Assembly (NCBI GenBank): GCA_049967475.1
Contig: JBMFSQ010000002.1
Location: 64,001-128,000 of the forward strand
Direction: 5' to 3'
Source of the DNA: Chthonomonadales bacterium
GTDB taxonomy: Bacteria > Armatimonadota > Chthonomonadetes > Chthonomonadales > CAJBBX01
DNA: 64,000 nucleotides
A model generated the notes under the pieces. It worked only from the letters and a program-made list of their open reading frames with translations. It had not been told where the DNA came from and did no database searches. Below, in pieces: positions 40,245-52,979 of the stretch. The first letter of the stretch is position 1; the number at the start of each line of letters is the position of its first letter. A program made the translations under genes and the position numbers.

Positions 40245-40565
40245 ATGCCTAGGGTCACCGTTGAGGGCGAGGGCACCTTTGAAGTGGAAGCCGGCAAGAA
40301 GCTCGTGCTGGCCATCGAGGACGCCGGGATAGATATCCTCCACCGTTGCGGAGGCCAGGCACTTTGCACTACATGCCGGGTGAAGATCCTCGAGGGGAAC
40401 GTCCCGCCCATCAGCGAGGCCGAGATCGAAGCGCTGGAAGATCCGGAGCTTATTGCCGAGTATCGTTTATCTTGCCAGATACGCGTCCAGAATGACCTTA
40501 CGGTGCGCGTGGCGAACCGGTCACACCTGAGGGGTGTCCCCCCAGGTCCTCGCCCAGAGGATTGA
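40245..40565 (+). CDS. 2Fe-2S ferredoxin
   Basis: HRCGGQALCTTCRV...RLSCQ; AGGAGG RBS. Confidence 0.92.
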   Translation: MPRVTVEGEGTFEVEAGKKLVLAIEDAGIDILHRCGGQALCTTCRVKILEGNVPPISEAEIEALEDPELIAEYRLSCQIRVQNDLTVRVANRSHLRGVPPGPRPED

Positions 40566-40612
40566 TCCTCGCAGGAGGTACCGCCGTCATCCGTTGCGCC
40601 GGGAGGTCACTT

Positions 40613-41593
40613 ATGTTGATGGACGTGGTAATCCCCATATCGTACGCCCAAGCTGTGCTTCTGGGGCTGCTGCAAGGCCTTACCGAATTCCTCCCCGTAA
40701 GCAGCACGGCCCATATGGCTATAGCCCCGCAGATCCTTTTCGGCATGCGGGATCCTGGAGCCGCTTTTTCAGCCGTCGTCCAATTGGGTCCCATCGCCGC
40801 CATCATTTGGTATTTCCGAGATGAGGTCGTACGCTATATACGGGGCATCCTGCGGACGGGCTGGGTGTCTCGTGTGCCGGCTGAAGATTTGGATGCGCGC
40901 CTGGGGTGGTACACGCTCCTCGGCACGATCCCTCTCATCATCTTTGGTGTTCTCCTCGAAAAGAAGATAGACACCGTGTTCCGCAGCCTCAACATCATCG
41001 GAACGAGCCTCATCGTGCTGGGTCTCGTCCTCTGGGCTGCAGAGATCCTGGGCAGCCGGAGGCGGCACCTCTCGCAGATGACCTTGCGCCAAAGCCAGGC
41101 CATCGGATGGGCTCAGGTTCTGGCCCTGGTGCCCGGCACCTCCCGTTCGGGGGTTACCATCACCGCCGGCCTCTTCCTGGGTCTGGATCGTGAGAGTGCC
41201 GCGCGTTTCAGCTTTCTTCTTTCCATCCCGGCGATCACTGCCGCCGGACTGTACAAGCTGATCAAGGTGCTTAAGAGCACCCACCTGGGTCCCCAGGCCG
41301 GCCCGTACCTCCTGGGAGCTGCGGTAGCCGGCATCTTTGCTTACGTGGTGATCCGGTGGTTCCTGGGCTATATGAAGGAACACAACACCGCTCTCTTCAT
41401 CGGATACCGCATCGCGCTCGGCATCCTGGTGCTCGCGCTGCTCCATGCCGGCATGGTGAAGGACCGGCCGCCGCGTGAGGCAGCGCTATTCGCACCTGCG
41501 CGCAAAGGCATCGTGTCCCTTCCCGGTGCGCCCGCTGAGTTCGGTCGAAACAATAATCAGCTCGCCGCTCCGCACCTTGCGCCTCAGTCCTAA
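40613..41593 (+). CDS. uppP: Undecaprenyl-diphosphate phosphatase
   Basis: LQGLTEFLPVSSTAH, PGTSRSGVTI, AARFSFLLSIP. Confidence 0.95.
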   Translation: MLMDVVIPISYAQAVLLGLLQGLTEFLPVSSTAHMAIAPQILFGMRDPGAAFSAVVQLGPIAAIIWYFRDEVVRYIRGILRTGWVSRVPAEDLDARLGWYTLLGTIPLIIFGVLLEKKIDTVFRSLNIIGTSLIVLGLVLWAAEILGSRRRHLSQMTLRQSQAIGWAQVLALVPGTSRSGVTITAGLFLGLDRESAARFSFLLSIPAITAAGLYKLIKVLKSTHLGPQAGPYLLGAAVAGIFAYVVIRWFLGYMKEHNTALFIGYRIALGILVLALLHAGMVKDRPPREAALFAPARKGIVSLPGAPAEFGRNNNQLAAPHLAPQS

Positions 41594-41817
41594 TTGGGGT
41601 AAAGGCACCGGCTCCAAGGTCCGACGCCTTGTCCACAGGTTTGGAGTGTTTGCGGCTGCCGGGCGCCGCGCATTGAGGGCCCCCACAGCATCGGGTCTGT
41701 GGTCGAGGCGATTTTCCCGTCGCTATGCTTTTGCGGCGCGGGATCACTGAGGTTCCCGCGCGGCGCCCATGATGGCCGCTCGGCAACACCCGCCGGAAAC
41801 GGCTGGAACGGTCCAGC

Positions 41818-43803
41818 CTAACTCCTAGGGCGCCCGATCTTCACCAGCACCGCCCCATGGGGAGCCACAGTGGCCCGGAACACTCCCCGAAAGACACCGA
41901 GGTTCTTCTGAAGCCACAGATCGCGCACCGGCTGAGGACCTTTGAGCCCCAGGTCCTGCCATCGCGCTTCCACTTGTGCAGCGTCGCTGCCGCGGTTGAA
42001 AAGCCCCACAGCCAGTGTCCCATCATAAAGGGGTCGTGCCCAAACCTCAGTCATCCCGCTCTGCGCTTTGCGTCCGGCGGGTTTGCCCAAAGGATCCTGG
42101 TCCACATCCAGCACCTCATCGTTGGTGATAAGGTCCAGAGTGAACGCATCCAGTTGGCTGAGGTCGCACCCCAAAAGCAGCGGTGCGGATTGGAGGCACC
42201 ACATCGTAATGTGCAAGAGCTGCTCGTTGGGCGTCAAGTGGGACGGATGCAGATTGGGCCCCCAGCCCACTTTACCCACTACCAGCATGTCGGGATCGTT
42301 CCAGTGGCCGGGGCCGGCGAACTTCTCGTGGCCGTTCTGGCTGAAAGCGATGCTGTTCAGGCTTCCCCAGTTATCCGAGATATCTCCCGTAGTCCGCCAG
42401 CAGTTGCCTCCAACTTTGGCGCCCCACTCCCATACATTGCCCATGCCGTATTGGCAGAGGCTGTACACGATGTCACGCGGGGCCGCATCCAAGGCTTGCC
42501 GCATCACACGGTAAGGCTTTTGAAGACGTTCGAGCCCCTCGCCGGTAGCGACATTACCGTAGGAGCACCAATCGTACTTCAGATAGTCTATGCCCCATGC
42601 CGCATACGTGTCGGCGTCTTGCTGTTCGTGGCCGTAGCTCCCGGGAAAGCCGGCGCACGTGGTGGGCCCGGGGGAGGAATAGATGCCCAGCTTGAGCCCG
42701 CGCGCATGCACGTAATCCGCCAGTGCCTTCATGTTGGGGAACTTGTTGTTGGATGTGATGGTTCCGTCGGCACGCCTGGGACCTTCCCACGTGTCATCTA
42801 TGTTGATGTATTGGTATCCGTGGGCTGCAAGGCCGCTGCGCACCATCCAGTCTGCCGCAGCGCGTACCTTTGCATCGTCCACGGCCCCGGCCCACACGTT
42901 CCATGAATTCCAACCCATTGGCGGTGTGAGCGCCAGCTTGTGCACCCCGCCTACAATCGCGAGCATCCGGCGTGCTGTGCCCCGCGGGCCGCGGACCCCC
43001 AATTCCACAGTCCACGTGCCCGCCCGTCTCAAAGATCCGGAAATGATGCCCGTCTTCTTATTCAACACCAGTCCGGCCGGAAGCCCCTTGGCGGTGTACA
43101 GCAGGGGACCTTGGCCTGTCGCCGGGATCAAAAAGAGGAAGGGATGCCCTGGTGTCGCCCCCACGACTCGGGGGCCATGAATGGCGGGGATCGGCGATGG
43201 TGCGTTGTGGTGGATCTTGGGCGGCGCTACTTGAGGTGGAGCCGCTGCCTCGGGACGCTCGCGAGCGCCCGGCTCGAGAAGGATCATCGCCCCAGCCCAA
43301 TCCCCGTGGTCGGAGTCGATGCCGTCCCCGGCGTCATCTATCACCAGGGTCATCCGGCGAGCAGACGTAAGGTCTACCGAGATCACTTTGGGCTGATCAC
43401 CGCCATGCATCACACCGCTGCTTGCCCGCAGCTTTCCATCCACATACACCTGAAAGATCACGGAACCGGCTCCCCGCTTCTCGTCGTCTACGCCCACTGC
43501 AGACACGAAGCGGCGGGCCACGCCCTTCAAATCCACTACGAATTCGCTTCGGGCATGGCTGCCTACCCCATGCGCGAAAAGGATGCCGCCCAAAGAGAGG
43601 GGATTGTTGTCCACGGAGCGGCCTGCGTGGGGCCGGCCCCAGTCCTGGCTCATCTGTTGCAGGTTCAAACGATCCAGCCAAACGGCGTTGGGAGGCAAAT
43701 TCTCCCCTGCAAGGTCCCGGGGCGTCTGGGCTTGCGAGGCCGCTGCACCGAAGAGAACGAACATCAACGCGTATCCAATCCCAATTTTCGTGAACCGATC
43801 CAT
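41818..43803 (-). CDS. Secreted GH27 alpha-galactosidase with NPCBM (CBM51) and Ig-like domains
   Basis: TPPMGWNSWN, YINIDDTW, GIDYLKYDWC, WRTTGDI, WNDPDML; N-terminal NPCBM (HGVGSHA...DHGDW). Confidence 0.92.
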   Translation of the reverse strand: MDRFTKIGIGYALMFVLFGAAASQAQTPRDLAGENLPPNAVWLDRLNLQQMSQDWGRPHAGRSVDNNPLSLGGILFAHGVGSHARSEFVVDLKGVARRFVSAVGVDDEKRGAGSVIFQVYVDGKLRASSGVMHGGDQPKVISVDLTSARRMTLVIDDAGDGIDSDHGDWAGAMILLEPGARERPEAAAPPQVAPPKIHHNAPSPIPAIHGPRVVGATPGHPFLFLIPATGQGPLLYTAKGLPAGLVLNKKTGIISGSLRRAGTWTVELGVRGPRGTARRMLAIVGGVHKLALTPPMGWNSWNVWAGAVDDAKVRAAADWMVRSGLAAHGYQYINIDDTWEGPRRADGTITSNNKFPNMKALADYVHARGLKLGIYSSPGPTTCAGFPGSYGHEQQDADTYAAWGIDYLKYDWCSYGNVATGEGLERLQKPYRVMRQALDAAPRDIVYSLCQYGMGNVWEWGAKVGGNCWRTTGDISDNWGSLNSIAFSQNGHEKFAGPGHWNDPDMLVVGKVGWGPNLHPSHLTPNEQLLHITMWCLQSAPLLLGCDLSQLDAFTLDLITNDEVLDVDQDPLGKPAGRKAQSGMTEVWARPLYDGTLAVGLFNRGSDAAQVEARWQDLGLKGPQPVRDLWLQKNLGVFRGVFRATVAPHGAVLVKIGRPRS

Positions 43804-43862
43804 GAAACCGCTCCCCAGGCTGACTACGGAGGGATAGAGAGGCCCTCACGTCGTATAAGGGC

Positions 43863-43892
43863 TCATTCGCGCCCCTGCATGCTAAATCCTTC
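43863..43892 (-). promoter_or_regulatory. SigH-like promoter upstream of the alpha-galactosidase
   Basis: GAAGGATTT-N12-CGCGAATGA. Confidence 0.45.
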
Positions 43893-43904
43893 ACGCTCAT
43901 CGCC

Positions 43905-43934
43905 TTGACACGAGCGCACCTTCCCCGGCATAAT
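43905..43934 (+). promoter_or_regulatory. sigma70 promoter of the rpoZ-dnaJ operon
   Basis: TTGACA-N18-CATAAT. Confidence 0.7.
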
Positions 43935-44123
43935 AGATCTCGCAGTGGGATTGGCGCACTGCGTCCCGTGTCGCGACCGTCCTCACACCCTTATGCCTGT
44001 TGCGCAGATCCGTCTCCTGCGCACCGGATTGTTGCGACACGCGCTGTGTTGAAGCCGATATTAAAGCTTTAGGTACTGGCGCGCGACACCGCCTGCACCC
44101 GCCCTTTCTAAGGAGGCATCACC

Positions 44124-46716
<2,593 letters not shown>

Positions 46717-46722
46717 TGCTGC

Positions 46723-47481
46723 GTGCGGCGCCTCTTTCTGCCGGATCTTCCAGAAGCCCACGGCCCGGTCCTCATCGGAGGCGGCGACCATCACCACCTC
46801 TGCAATGTATTGCGCCTTGGGCGCGGGGACACGCTTGTGCTCCTCGACGGCAAGGGACTGGCCTACCACGCTGAGATCGTGGAAGTTCGGCGGGACGCAA
46901 CCGTCGCCAAGCTCGTGCGGCCTATCCCAGCTCCGCCGGAACCGCCTGCCGAAATATGGGTGGCGCAAGCTTTGGGCAAAGGGAACAAATTCGAGCAGGT
47001 AATCCAGCACGGCACGGAGGTCGGAGCATCACGCTTCATTCCCCTCGTAACGGAGCGGACCATCGTAAGGCATGGGCCCGATCTACCGGCCAACAGGCTC
47101 ACCCGATGGCGGCAAATAGCCAGGAGTGCTGCAGAACAGTGCGGCCGCGCCCGCATCCCTGTTCTCGAGGACCTCGTTTCCCTTCCCGAGCTGGTGATGC
47201 GCACAGAAAGGGCCCACTGTGCGATCCTTCTGGACGGCGGAGGGCCGCCGCTCGCCCGCACCCTTTCCCAACTTCTGCCCCACGGATGCGTCCTACCCAG
47301 CGGCCCGATCCTGCTGATTGTGGGACCGGAGGGCGGCTTCACTCCTGCGGAGACTGCCGAGGCGCTGAGCCGCGGCGTCCATTGCGCCAGTCTGGGCCCT
47401 TACACCCTTAGGACGGAAACGGCGGCCCTGGCAGCCATCGCCCGCATCGTGCATTACCTGGAAGAGCACTCTGCCCGATGA
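46723..47481 (+). CDS. rsmE: 16S rRNA m3U1498 methyltransferase
   Basis: HHLCNVLRL, AAEQCGR, VGPEGGF, LRTETA. Confidence 0.95.
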   Translation: MRRLFLPDLPEAHGPVLIGGGDHHHLCNVLRLGRGDTLVLLDGKGLAYHAEIVEVRRDATVAKLVRPIPAPPEPPAEIWVAQALGKGNKFEQVIQHGTEVGASRFIPLVTERTIVRHGPDLPANRLTRWRQIARSAAEQCGRARIPVLEDLVSLPELVMRTERAHCAILLDGGGPPLARTLSQLLPHGCVLPSGPILLIVGPEGGFTPAETAEALSRGVHCASLGPYTLRTETAALAAIARIVHYLEEHSAR

Positions 47482-47500
47482 CCGTTCGGGCCTCCGACCG

Positions 47501-48883
47501 TCATTCCCCGGCGAGGATCTTCGCGCCATAATCCCCAGCGAGTTCGGCGCCAGGAAAGTAGTGCTGAAGGATCTGCTCATGCGTCATGCAATAGGGGTTG
47601 GACGCCATTCCCTCGGCACCTTCCTGACACATTCCATGGCCGTGTCCGTAGCCTCGGCCGGTAAACAAGAAGGCTCCGTCCGGCGCGTGCGCCACTGTGA
47701 AGAGAGTGCTCCTCAGCCGTCCCGGCCCGATAGCGGTTCGGAACTGGCTGCCGCGGATACGAAGCGTGCTGCGCCCGGTACGCACTGCGACACTGCGCGC
47801 TCGGCCCGAGCGATCCACGTCCGCCACGGACACGTCTTCCACTGCTCCGCTGATTTGCCCGGGGAATGCTTTCGCCAGCATCCGGCGCAGTTCGTCTGGC
47901 GTCAGCCGAAGATCCCAAGTATGGTACTTTCCCCGGGCGCAATAGTCTGGCCCTCCGGGAGGCGCATCACGAACCGAAGGCGGGTAATCATCCGGCCCAT
48001 CCCCCTCTGCAGTGACGCCGCCGCAATCGTCATAGTAGTCCGAAAGGATCAAGCGGTGATCCCGCACAAGCACCACGCCTGCAGTGTCACGAACGGCTGC
48101 GTCGGATGCGGACGTCTCGGCATCTGCGCCGCCATACACTTGGCAGGCGGTGTCGTCCGTGAGGTCGAAGCCGTCGCTGCGGTAGCGCCCTCTTAGGCGC
48201 AGGGCATATGTGCGGGCCACGATGGCCTGAGCCTTCAGAGCTTCGGGCGGTGCGGCTGTGCTCATCTCCGCCGGCACGACACCGCGCAGGTAATCCTCCA
48301 CATCAACCTCATTTACGGCAAGCAGCCGGTCACCCGAGGTGATCCTTACGAGGAGCGCACCCCGATAGTGTCGGCGGATGCCCCTGGCGGAAACCGTTAG
48401 CAAAGCATCCTCTCCACCACCAGTTGGCGGGACGGGCGCAAGGACGAGTACGTCGCCGCAAAGGGTTCCCTCGCCGTCCAGGCCGCGTGCCTGAACCTTG
48501 CCCAAAACGGCATCGAGTTCTACGCCGCTGCGCACCTGAAGCGAAGCGCCGCCGTCCCCCAGGGAGAGCACGGCCCCATGGTTTGAAGACGCCTCCAGAT
48601 GTTTCGGATGCCCAAAAGTGCCCACCAGGCCGATACGAAGGGCACCACCTCCGCGCACCCGCTTTGGGCTGGAGTGTGCGGCTAAGACCTGTGGCGCAGC
48701 CTTGCCGCCAGGGCTTTCTGCACAGGATGCTGGAACCGGCGAGTTAAGAGAGAAGTAAAGGAGGGCAACTGCACAGGGAACGTATTTCGCGCAGAAGCTT
48801 GGGATCTTGCGGTCCGAAGCCTTCCAGGAGTGTGCGCCTTCAGGCAAGCTCTTCGCCTGTAGTCGTGGGGATGAACACTCCAT
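47501..48883 (-). CDS. SpoIID/LytB domain protein (start uncertain)
   Basis: EDYLRGVVPAEM, EALKAQAIVARTY, CQVYGG, GYGHGHGMCQ, ILQHYFPG. Confidence 0.88.
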   Translation of the reverse strand: MECSSPRLQAKSLPEGAHSWKASDRKIPSFCAKYVPCAVALLYFSLNSPVPASCAESPGGKAAPQVLAAHSSPKRVRGGGALRIGLVGTFGHPKHLEASSNHGAVLSLGDGGASLQVRSGVELDAVLGKVQARGLDGEGTLCGDVLVLAPVPPTGGGEDALLTVSARGIRRHYRGALLVRITSGDRLLAVNEVDVEDYLRGVVPAEMSTAAPPEALKAQAIVARTYALRLRGRYRSDGFDLTDDTACQVYGGADAETSASDAAVRDTAGVVLVRDHRLILSDYYDDCGGVTAEGDGPDDYPPSVRDAPPGGPDYCARGKYHTWDLRLTPDELRRMLAKAFPGQISGAVEDVSVADVDRSGRARSVAVRTGRSTLRIRGSQFRTAIGPGRLRSTLFTVAHAPDGAFLFTGRGYGHGHGMCQEGAEGMASNPYCMTHEQILQHYFPGAELAGDYGAKILAGE

Positions 48884-49325
48884 GGAGTACGCCCCGTGCG
48901 CTGATGAGGTGGCCGGCCAACTCGCGCACGTCTGCGCGGGCGCCTCGCAATACCACCACCTCCAGGCAGTTTTCCAGAGTCAGGTGGATGTGAAGGGCAG
49001 CCAACGCCTTGGCTCGGCTGTGGTGCTGCATGTCCGTAAGCCGATCGCTCAGTTGGCGGGTGGTGTGATCGTACACCAGCAACACGACACCAACCGCTTC
49101 GCCCGCCGCCGAATCCCCCTCGTCCCGCCACTGGGTCTGAACCAAAGCATCGCGGACCAAATCACGAACGGCTTCGGAACGGCTCGGATAACCCAGCCCT
49201 TTGCGCCAACGGTCCAGATCCCGCACCAGTGCTGCCGGCATGGACACCCCGAAGCGCACCAGCTCGTCATCATTGGCGGGTGGAGTGTCGCCTCGCTCCT
49301 CTAGGGGTCTTTCATTGGGTTCCAT
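48840..49325 (-). CDS. nikR: Nickel-responsive regulator NikR
   Basis: VRFGVSM...SRSEAVRDLVR ribbon-helix-helix, YDH, QH, HIHL...CLE Ni ligands. Confidence 0.9.
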   Translation of the reverse strand: MEPNERPLEERGDTPPANDDELVRFGVSMPAALVRDLDRWRKGLGYPSRSEAVRDLVRDALVQTQWRDEGDSAAGEAVGVVLLVYDHTTRQLSDRLTDMQHHSRAKALAALHIHLTLENCLEVVVLRGARADVRELAGHLISARGVLHGVFIPTTTGEELA

Positions 49326-49381
49326 GGCCGGCGTCCATTCTACCTGCAGACCTCCCAAGCGTCAATTGTCCGGGCACTTCT

Positions 49382-50095
49382 TCACGGTGTAGATCCATCC
49401 AGTCGGCCGTCGCGCATATGATACACGCGATCTGCCCCGGTCAGCATTTCGGCATCGTGGGTTACCACTACCACCACCCCACGCGTCCGATAGGATGTCA
49501 GTAGATCCATAACCAGGCGGCCATTGGCGTGGTCCAACGAGGCTGTAGGCTCGTCAGCAAAGATCACATCGGGCAAATTCACCATCGCCCTGGCCACGCA
49601 GATGCGTTGTCGTTCCCCGCCGCTAAGATGGTAAGGAAAGCGCCCTGCGAATTCCTCCACTCCTAACGAACACAGCAATTCATCCGCCCTACCGGCCGCA
49701 GAATGGTCGTCCCACAACGCAGCGACGAGAACGTTCTCGCGGGCGGTGAGGTAATTCAACAAAAAGGGTTGCTGAAACACAAAGCCGAACCTGCGGCGGC
49801 GCACGGTAGTGAGAGCGGCATCGCTGAGGATCCCCATGGGTACACCATCCAGCAGGACGTCGCCGCTGGTAGGCCGCTTGAGACCGCTCAACAGGTAGAG
49901 AAGAGACGACTTGCCGGACCCTGAAGGCCCCATGATGCCGACGAAACCCGTCTTCGGAAGTGTAAGGCTCACGCGGTCCACGGCAAGGGTTGTTCGATCG
50001 CCGTCGAAGTAGGCCAGAGACACGTCCTTGGCCTGGAGGCGTGCGGATAGCTCCGCGGGCATGGTTCCCTCGCTGCTGCTCTCTACCGCCGTCAT
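49382..50095 (-). CDS. ABC transporter ATP-binding protein (LolD/MacB-like)
   Basis: GPSGSGKS, LSGGERQR, ADEPTASLD. Confidence 0.92.
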   Translation of the reverse strand: MTAVESSSEGTMPAELSARLQAKDVSLAYFDGDRTTLAVDRVSLTLPKTGFVGIMGPSGSGKSSLLYLLSGLKRPTSGDVLLDGVPMGILSDAALTTVRRRRFGFVFQQPFLLNYLTARENVLVAALWDDHSAAGRADELLCSLGVEEFAGRFPYHLSGGERQRICVARAMVNLPDVIFADEPTASLDHANGRLVMDLLTSYRTRGVVVVVTHDAEMLTGADRVYHMRDGRLDGSTP

Positions 50096-51237
50096 TGCCG
50101 CCTCTCGATGATTGCTACCGGATCCAAGGCCATCATCCGGTGCCCGATGCCTGCGAGCGCAAAGGTCAGGATGGCCAAGGGCATGGGAACGGTGAAGCGG
50201 TACGCGTGCGGATCCCACACATCCAGCAAGAGCCCGCGAGGGGTCATGAGAATGTGCTTGATAGCCGCCAGGCCTGCCACGGTTAGTACCGCCCCGAAGG
50301 CCCAGCCGAAGACACACAGCATCGCCACCTCGGCCAACACTCTCAGCATCAAAACACGCCGCGCGTATCCAATCGCCGAAAGCGTGGCGAACTCAGACAG
50401 CCGCTGGGTGAAGTAGATGGAAGTGAGCATTGCCGTGAGAAATGCGATGGCGAACACAATGATGCCGATCACCACTCCCATAATAAGATAGAGGCTCGCC
50501 AGGGCATCCCGGGTGTCCCGCACCAACCCCGCATAGGTCCACAACCTGCAGCGCGCCTTATCGAGTACGCGGCCGAGACTTGTGTCCAGGCGGCGCTGGT
50601 TTCTCTCATCGCGCGCCAGCACCAGCACGCCCTCCGGCGCCAACGGGAAGTGGGCACGCACAAAGCTCTGGGACGTAAGGGCAAACCACACAGGCCCATC
50701 CAAGATGCCTACAAGGCGCGCCGGAACGATGCAATAGCTTCCCTCACTCTGAGGACTCAGCACGACGCTGCCCAAATGGAGCTTGCGGTTCCGAACGATA
50801 TCTACGGACAGCGCCACCTCCGGCGCTCCCTCGGCGGGGAGGCGGCCCGCTATCACCTTCAATCCGCACCGCGCCAGAACGGTGTCCCGGGCAGCCGGCT
50901 CTAGGCCAAAGATCACAAACGGAACCTTCCCGAAGATGGTCTTGACTTCAGTGAATGCGGCCTGCGCAGGATAGACACGGTCCAGCAGAGGCTGGCGCCG
51001 CACCTGCGCAAGGATCTCGTCGGGCACCGCCAGCGCGTTACGCGGCGTGATCACAGCGAAGTGGCGCTGGTATCCGTACATTGTCAGCACCGTCAGATTG
51101 ATGCTGTCTACCACGGTAACAACGCTTGCCACCAACGCAACCGCCACCGCAATCACGAACACAATGGGCAGCGTCTTGCCGGGGTTCCTGCGGAAATAGA
51201 TCCAAGGTGAGAGTGGATGCGTGATGTTAGAATGCAC
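50092..51237 (-). CDS. ABC transporter permease (FtsX-like; start uncertain)
   Basis: N-terminal TM, periplasmic domain, QRLSEFATLSAIG, LDPVAIIERR. Confidence 0.85.
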   Translation of the reverse strand: MHSNITHPLSPWIYFRRNPGKTLPIVFVIAVAVALVASVVTVVDSINLTVLTMYGYQRHFAVITPRNALAVPDEILAQVRRQPLLDRVYPAQAAFTEVKTIFGKVPFVIFGLEPAARDTVLARCGLKVIAGRLPAEGAPEVALSVDIVRNRKLHLGSVVLSPQSEGSYCIVPARLVGILDGPVWFALTSQSFVRAHFPLAPEGVLVLARDERNQRRLDTSLGRVLDKARCRLWTYAGLVRDTRDALASLYLIMGVVIGIIVFAIAFLTAMLTSIYFTQRLSEFATLSAIGYARRVLMLRVLAEVAMLCVFGWAFGAVLTVAGLAAIKHILMTPRGLLLDVWDPHAYRFTVPMPLAILTFALAGIGHRMMALDPVAIIERRQ

Positions 51238-51359
51238 GGCAGTTCCGTGGGCCTTAAGGCCCTGTCGTGGTATTATACCAGTCACGAAACTACAGCCATG
51301 GCCGCAGGGGCAGTGCAGCAACATCGGCCCCCGTGGCAAAGAATGTTCGAGGAGCCATT

Positions 51360-52967
51360 TTGGAAATCTACGACATCATCATCCGGAACGGCTCCGTTAT
51401 AGATGGAACGGGAAGCCCGCCTTCGACGACTGACCTGGCCATTCGGGATGACCGCATCGCAGCTATGGGCGACCTCCGGGAATGCCATGCCGGCCGCGAA
51501 ATCAACGCAGCCGGCCTGCGCGTGGCGCCGGGCTTCGTAGACATCCATACCCACTCCGACATCTCTGTGACGTTCCACCCCCAGATGGAATCGATGCTGG
51601 CTCAGGGCGTCACTACTCAAGTTGTGGGCAACTGTTCCCTCTGCTTGGGATTAGCTACGGATGCTGAAGTATTCGCCTTCGAGAAGCGTTGGCTGGGTGT
51701 CCACGGCAAGCGTATCGTCTGGAATACCTTGGCAGGTCACCTGCGTTATGTAGAAGACCACGGTGTGGGCACCAATTACGTGATGCTGGCCGGCCAGGGT
51801 ACCTTACGCAAACGCGTGATGGGGCTGGATAAGCGGCCGCCCACCGCCGCTGAGATGGACGCCATGAAGCGCCTGCTCGCCCAAGCCATGGAAGAAGGCG
51901 CGTGGGGCATTTCAACGGGTTTGGAATACTCGCCCTCAGGGTATGCGGATATAGACGAACTCGTGGAGCTCAGCAGGGTAGCCGCGGCAGCCGGAGGCAT
52001 TTACGCAACGCACCTTCGCAATGAGGGTGATCGCCTCGTAGAAGCAGTGGAAGAGGCTCTTGCCATCGGCGAACGGGCCTCCATTCCGGTGCAACTCTCC
52101 CATCATAAAGCAGAAGGACCCCGCAACTGGGGGAAGGTCCGCACCACCCTCTCCATGGTGGAGGAAGCAAGAGCGCGCGGGCTGGACGTGCAATTGGACC
52201 AATATCCCTATACGGCGTTCCAAACAAGCATGGCGGTTCAATTCCTTCCGGCCTGGGTTACTGTAGGCGATAACGACACGATCCTTGCGCGCCTGGCCGA
52301 TCCGGACCAGCGGTCCCGCATCGCAGAAGAGATGGTTGCAGCCCATCCGGACTGGGCAGAACTTGGTCCCGACACTCCCTGGGAGCGCGTGCGCGTAAGC
52401 TCGTGCCGCATTCATCGCGAATATCAGGGCCGCACCATAGCAGAGCTGGCCAGGGAGCGGGGAGCCGACCCGATAGACACCGTGCTCCAGATCATCTTGG
52501 ACGAGCGCAACTTCGTGAGCGCCGTAAACTTTGCCCTCTGCGAAGAAGACGTGGAATTTGTGATGAAGCATCCGCTCGTCATGATCGGGTCCGACGCCGT
52601 GGGCACTTCGCCCTACGGGAGGACTGGAGAAGACCGCGTCCACCCTCGATGCTACGGAACCTTCCCGCGCGTGTTGGGAAGATATGTACGCCAGCGCCAC
52701 ACGCTGGATGAGGCAGAAGCCATCCGCAAGATGACGAGCCTGCCGGCAAGCCGCCTGAAGATACGCGACCGCGGCCGTCTGGCGCCGGGAGCCTATGCGG
52801 ATATCGTAGTGTACAACCCCCACACGGTAGAGGATCGCGCCGACTTCGAACACCCGCACCGTTTCGCCAAAGGCATCGAGATCGTGCTTGTCAACGGAAG
52901 GGTCGCTTGGGAAGGCGGTCACGCAACTCCCGTACTGGCCGGGAGAGTGCTGCGCCGCGGCTGCTGA
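51360..52967 (+). CDS. N-acyl-D-amino-acid deacylase (D-aminoacylase) family amidohydrolase
   Basis: PGFVDIHTHSD, GVTTQVVGNC, SHHKA, DQYPY, HPRCYGTFPRVLG. Confidence 0.93.
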   Translation: MEIYDIIIRNGSVIDGTGSPPSTTDLAIRDDRIAAMGDLRECHAGREINAAGLRVAPGFVDIHTHSDISVTFHPQMESMLAQGVTTQVVGNCSLCLGLATDAEVFAFEKRWLGVHGKRIVWNTLAGHLRYVEDHGVGTNYVMLAGQGTLRKRVMGLDKRPPTAAEMDAMKRLLAQAMEEGAWGISTGLEYSPSGYADIDELVELSRVAAAAGGIYATHLRNEGDRLVEAVEEALAIGERASIPVQLSHHKAEGPRNWGKVRTTLSMVEEARARGLDVQLDQYPYTAFQTSMAVQFLPAWVTVGDNDTILARLADPDQRSRIAEEMVAAHPDWAELGPDTPWERVRVSSCRIHREYQGRTIAELARERGADPIDTVLQIILDERNFVSAVNFALCEEDVEFVMKHPLVMIGSDAVGTSPYGRTGEDRVHPRCYGTFPRVLGRYVRQRHTLDEAEAIRKMTSLPASRLKIRDRGRLAPGAYADIVVYNPHTVEDRADFEHPHRFAKGIEIVLVNGRVAWEGGHATPVLAGRVLRRGC

Positions 52968-52979
52968 CGGGCATCGGCG

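Noticed and set aside
32025..43908. Long antisense ORFs (e.g. 32025-33458, 38374-39807, 41857-42906, 42940-43908)
   Set aside because: They lie opposite well-supported genes and have no motifs; expected in high-GC DNA
44054..44061. GCCGATAT as a sigma28 -10 box before rpoZ
   Set aside because: No plausible -35 element at the expected spacing, and a good sigma70 promoter exists at 43905
48840..51237. Nickel import system next to nikR
   Set aside because: The adjacent ABC genes are LolD/FtsX-type with no substrate-binding protein; adjacency alone does not support nickel uptake
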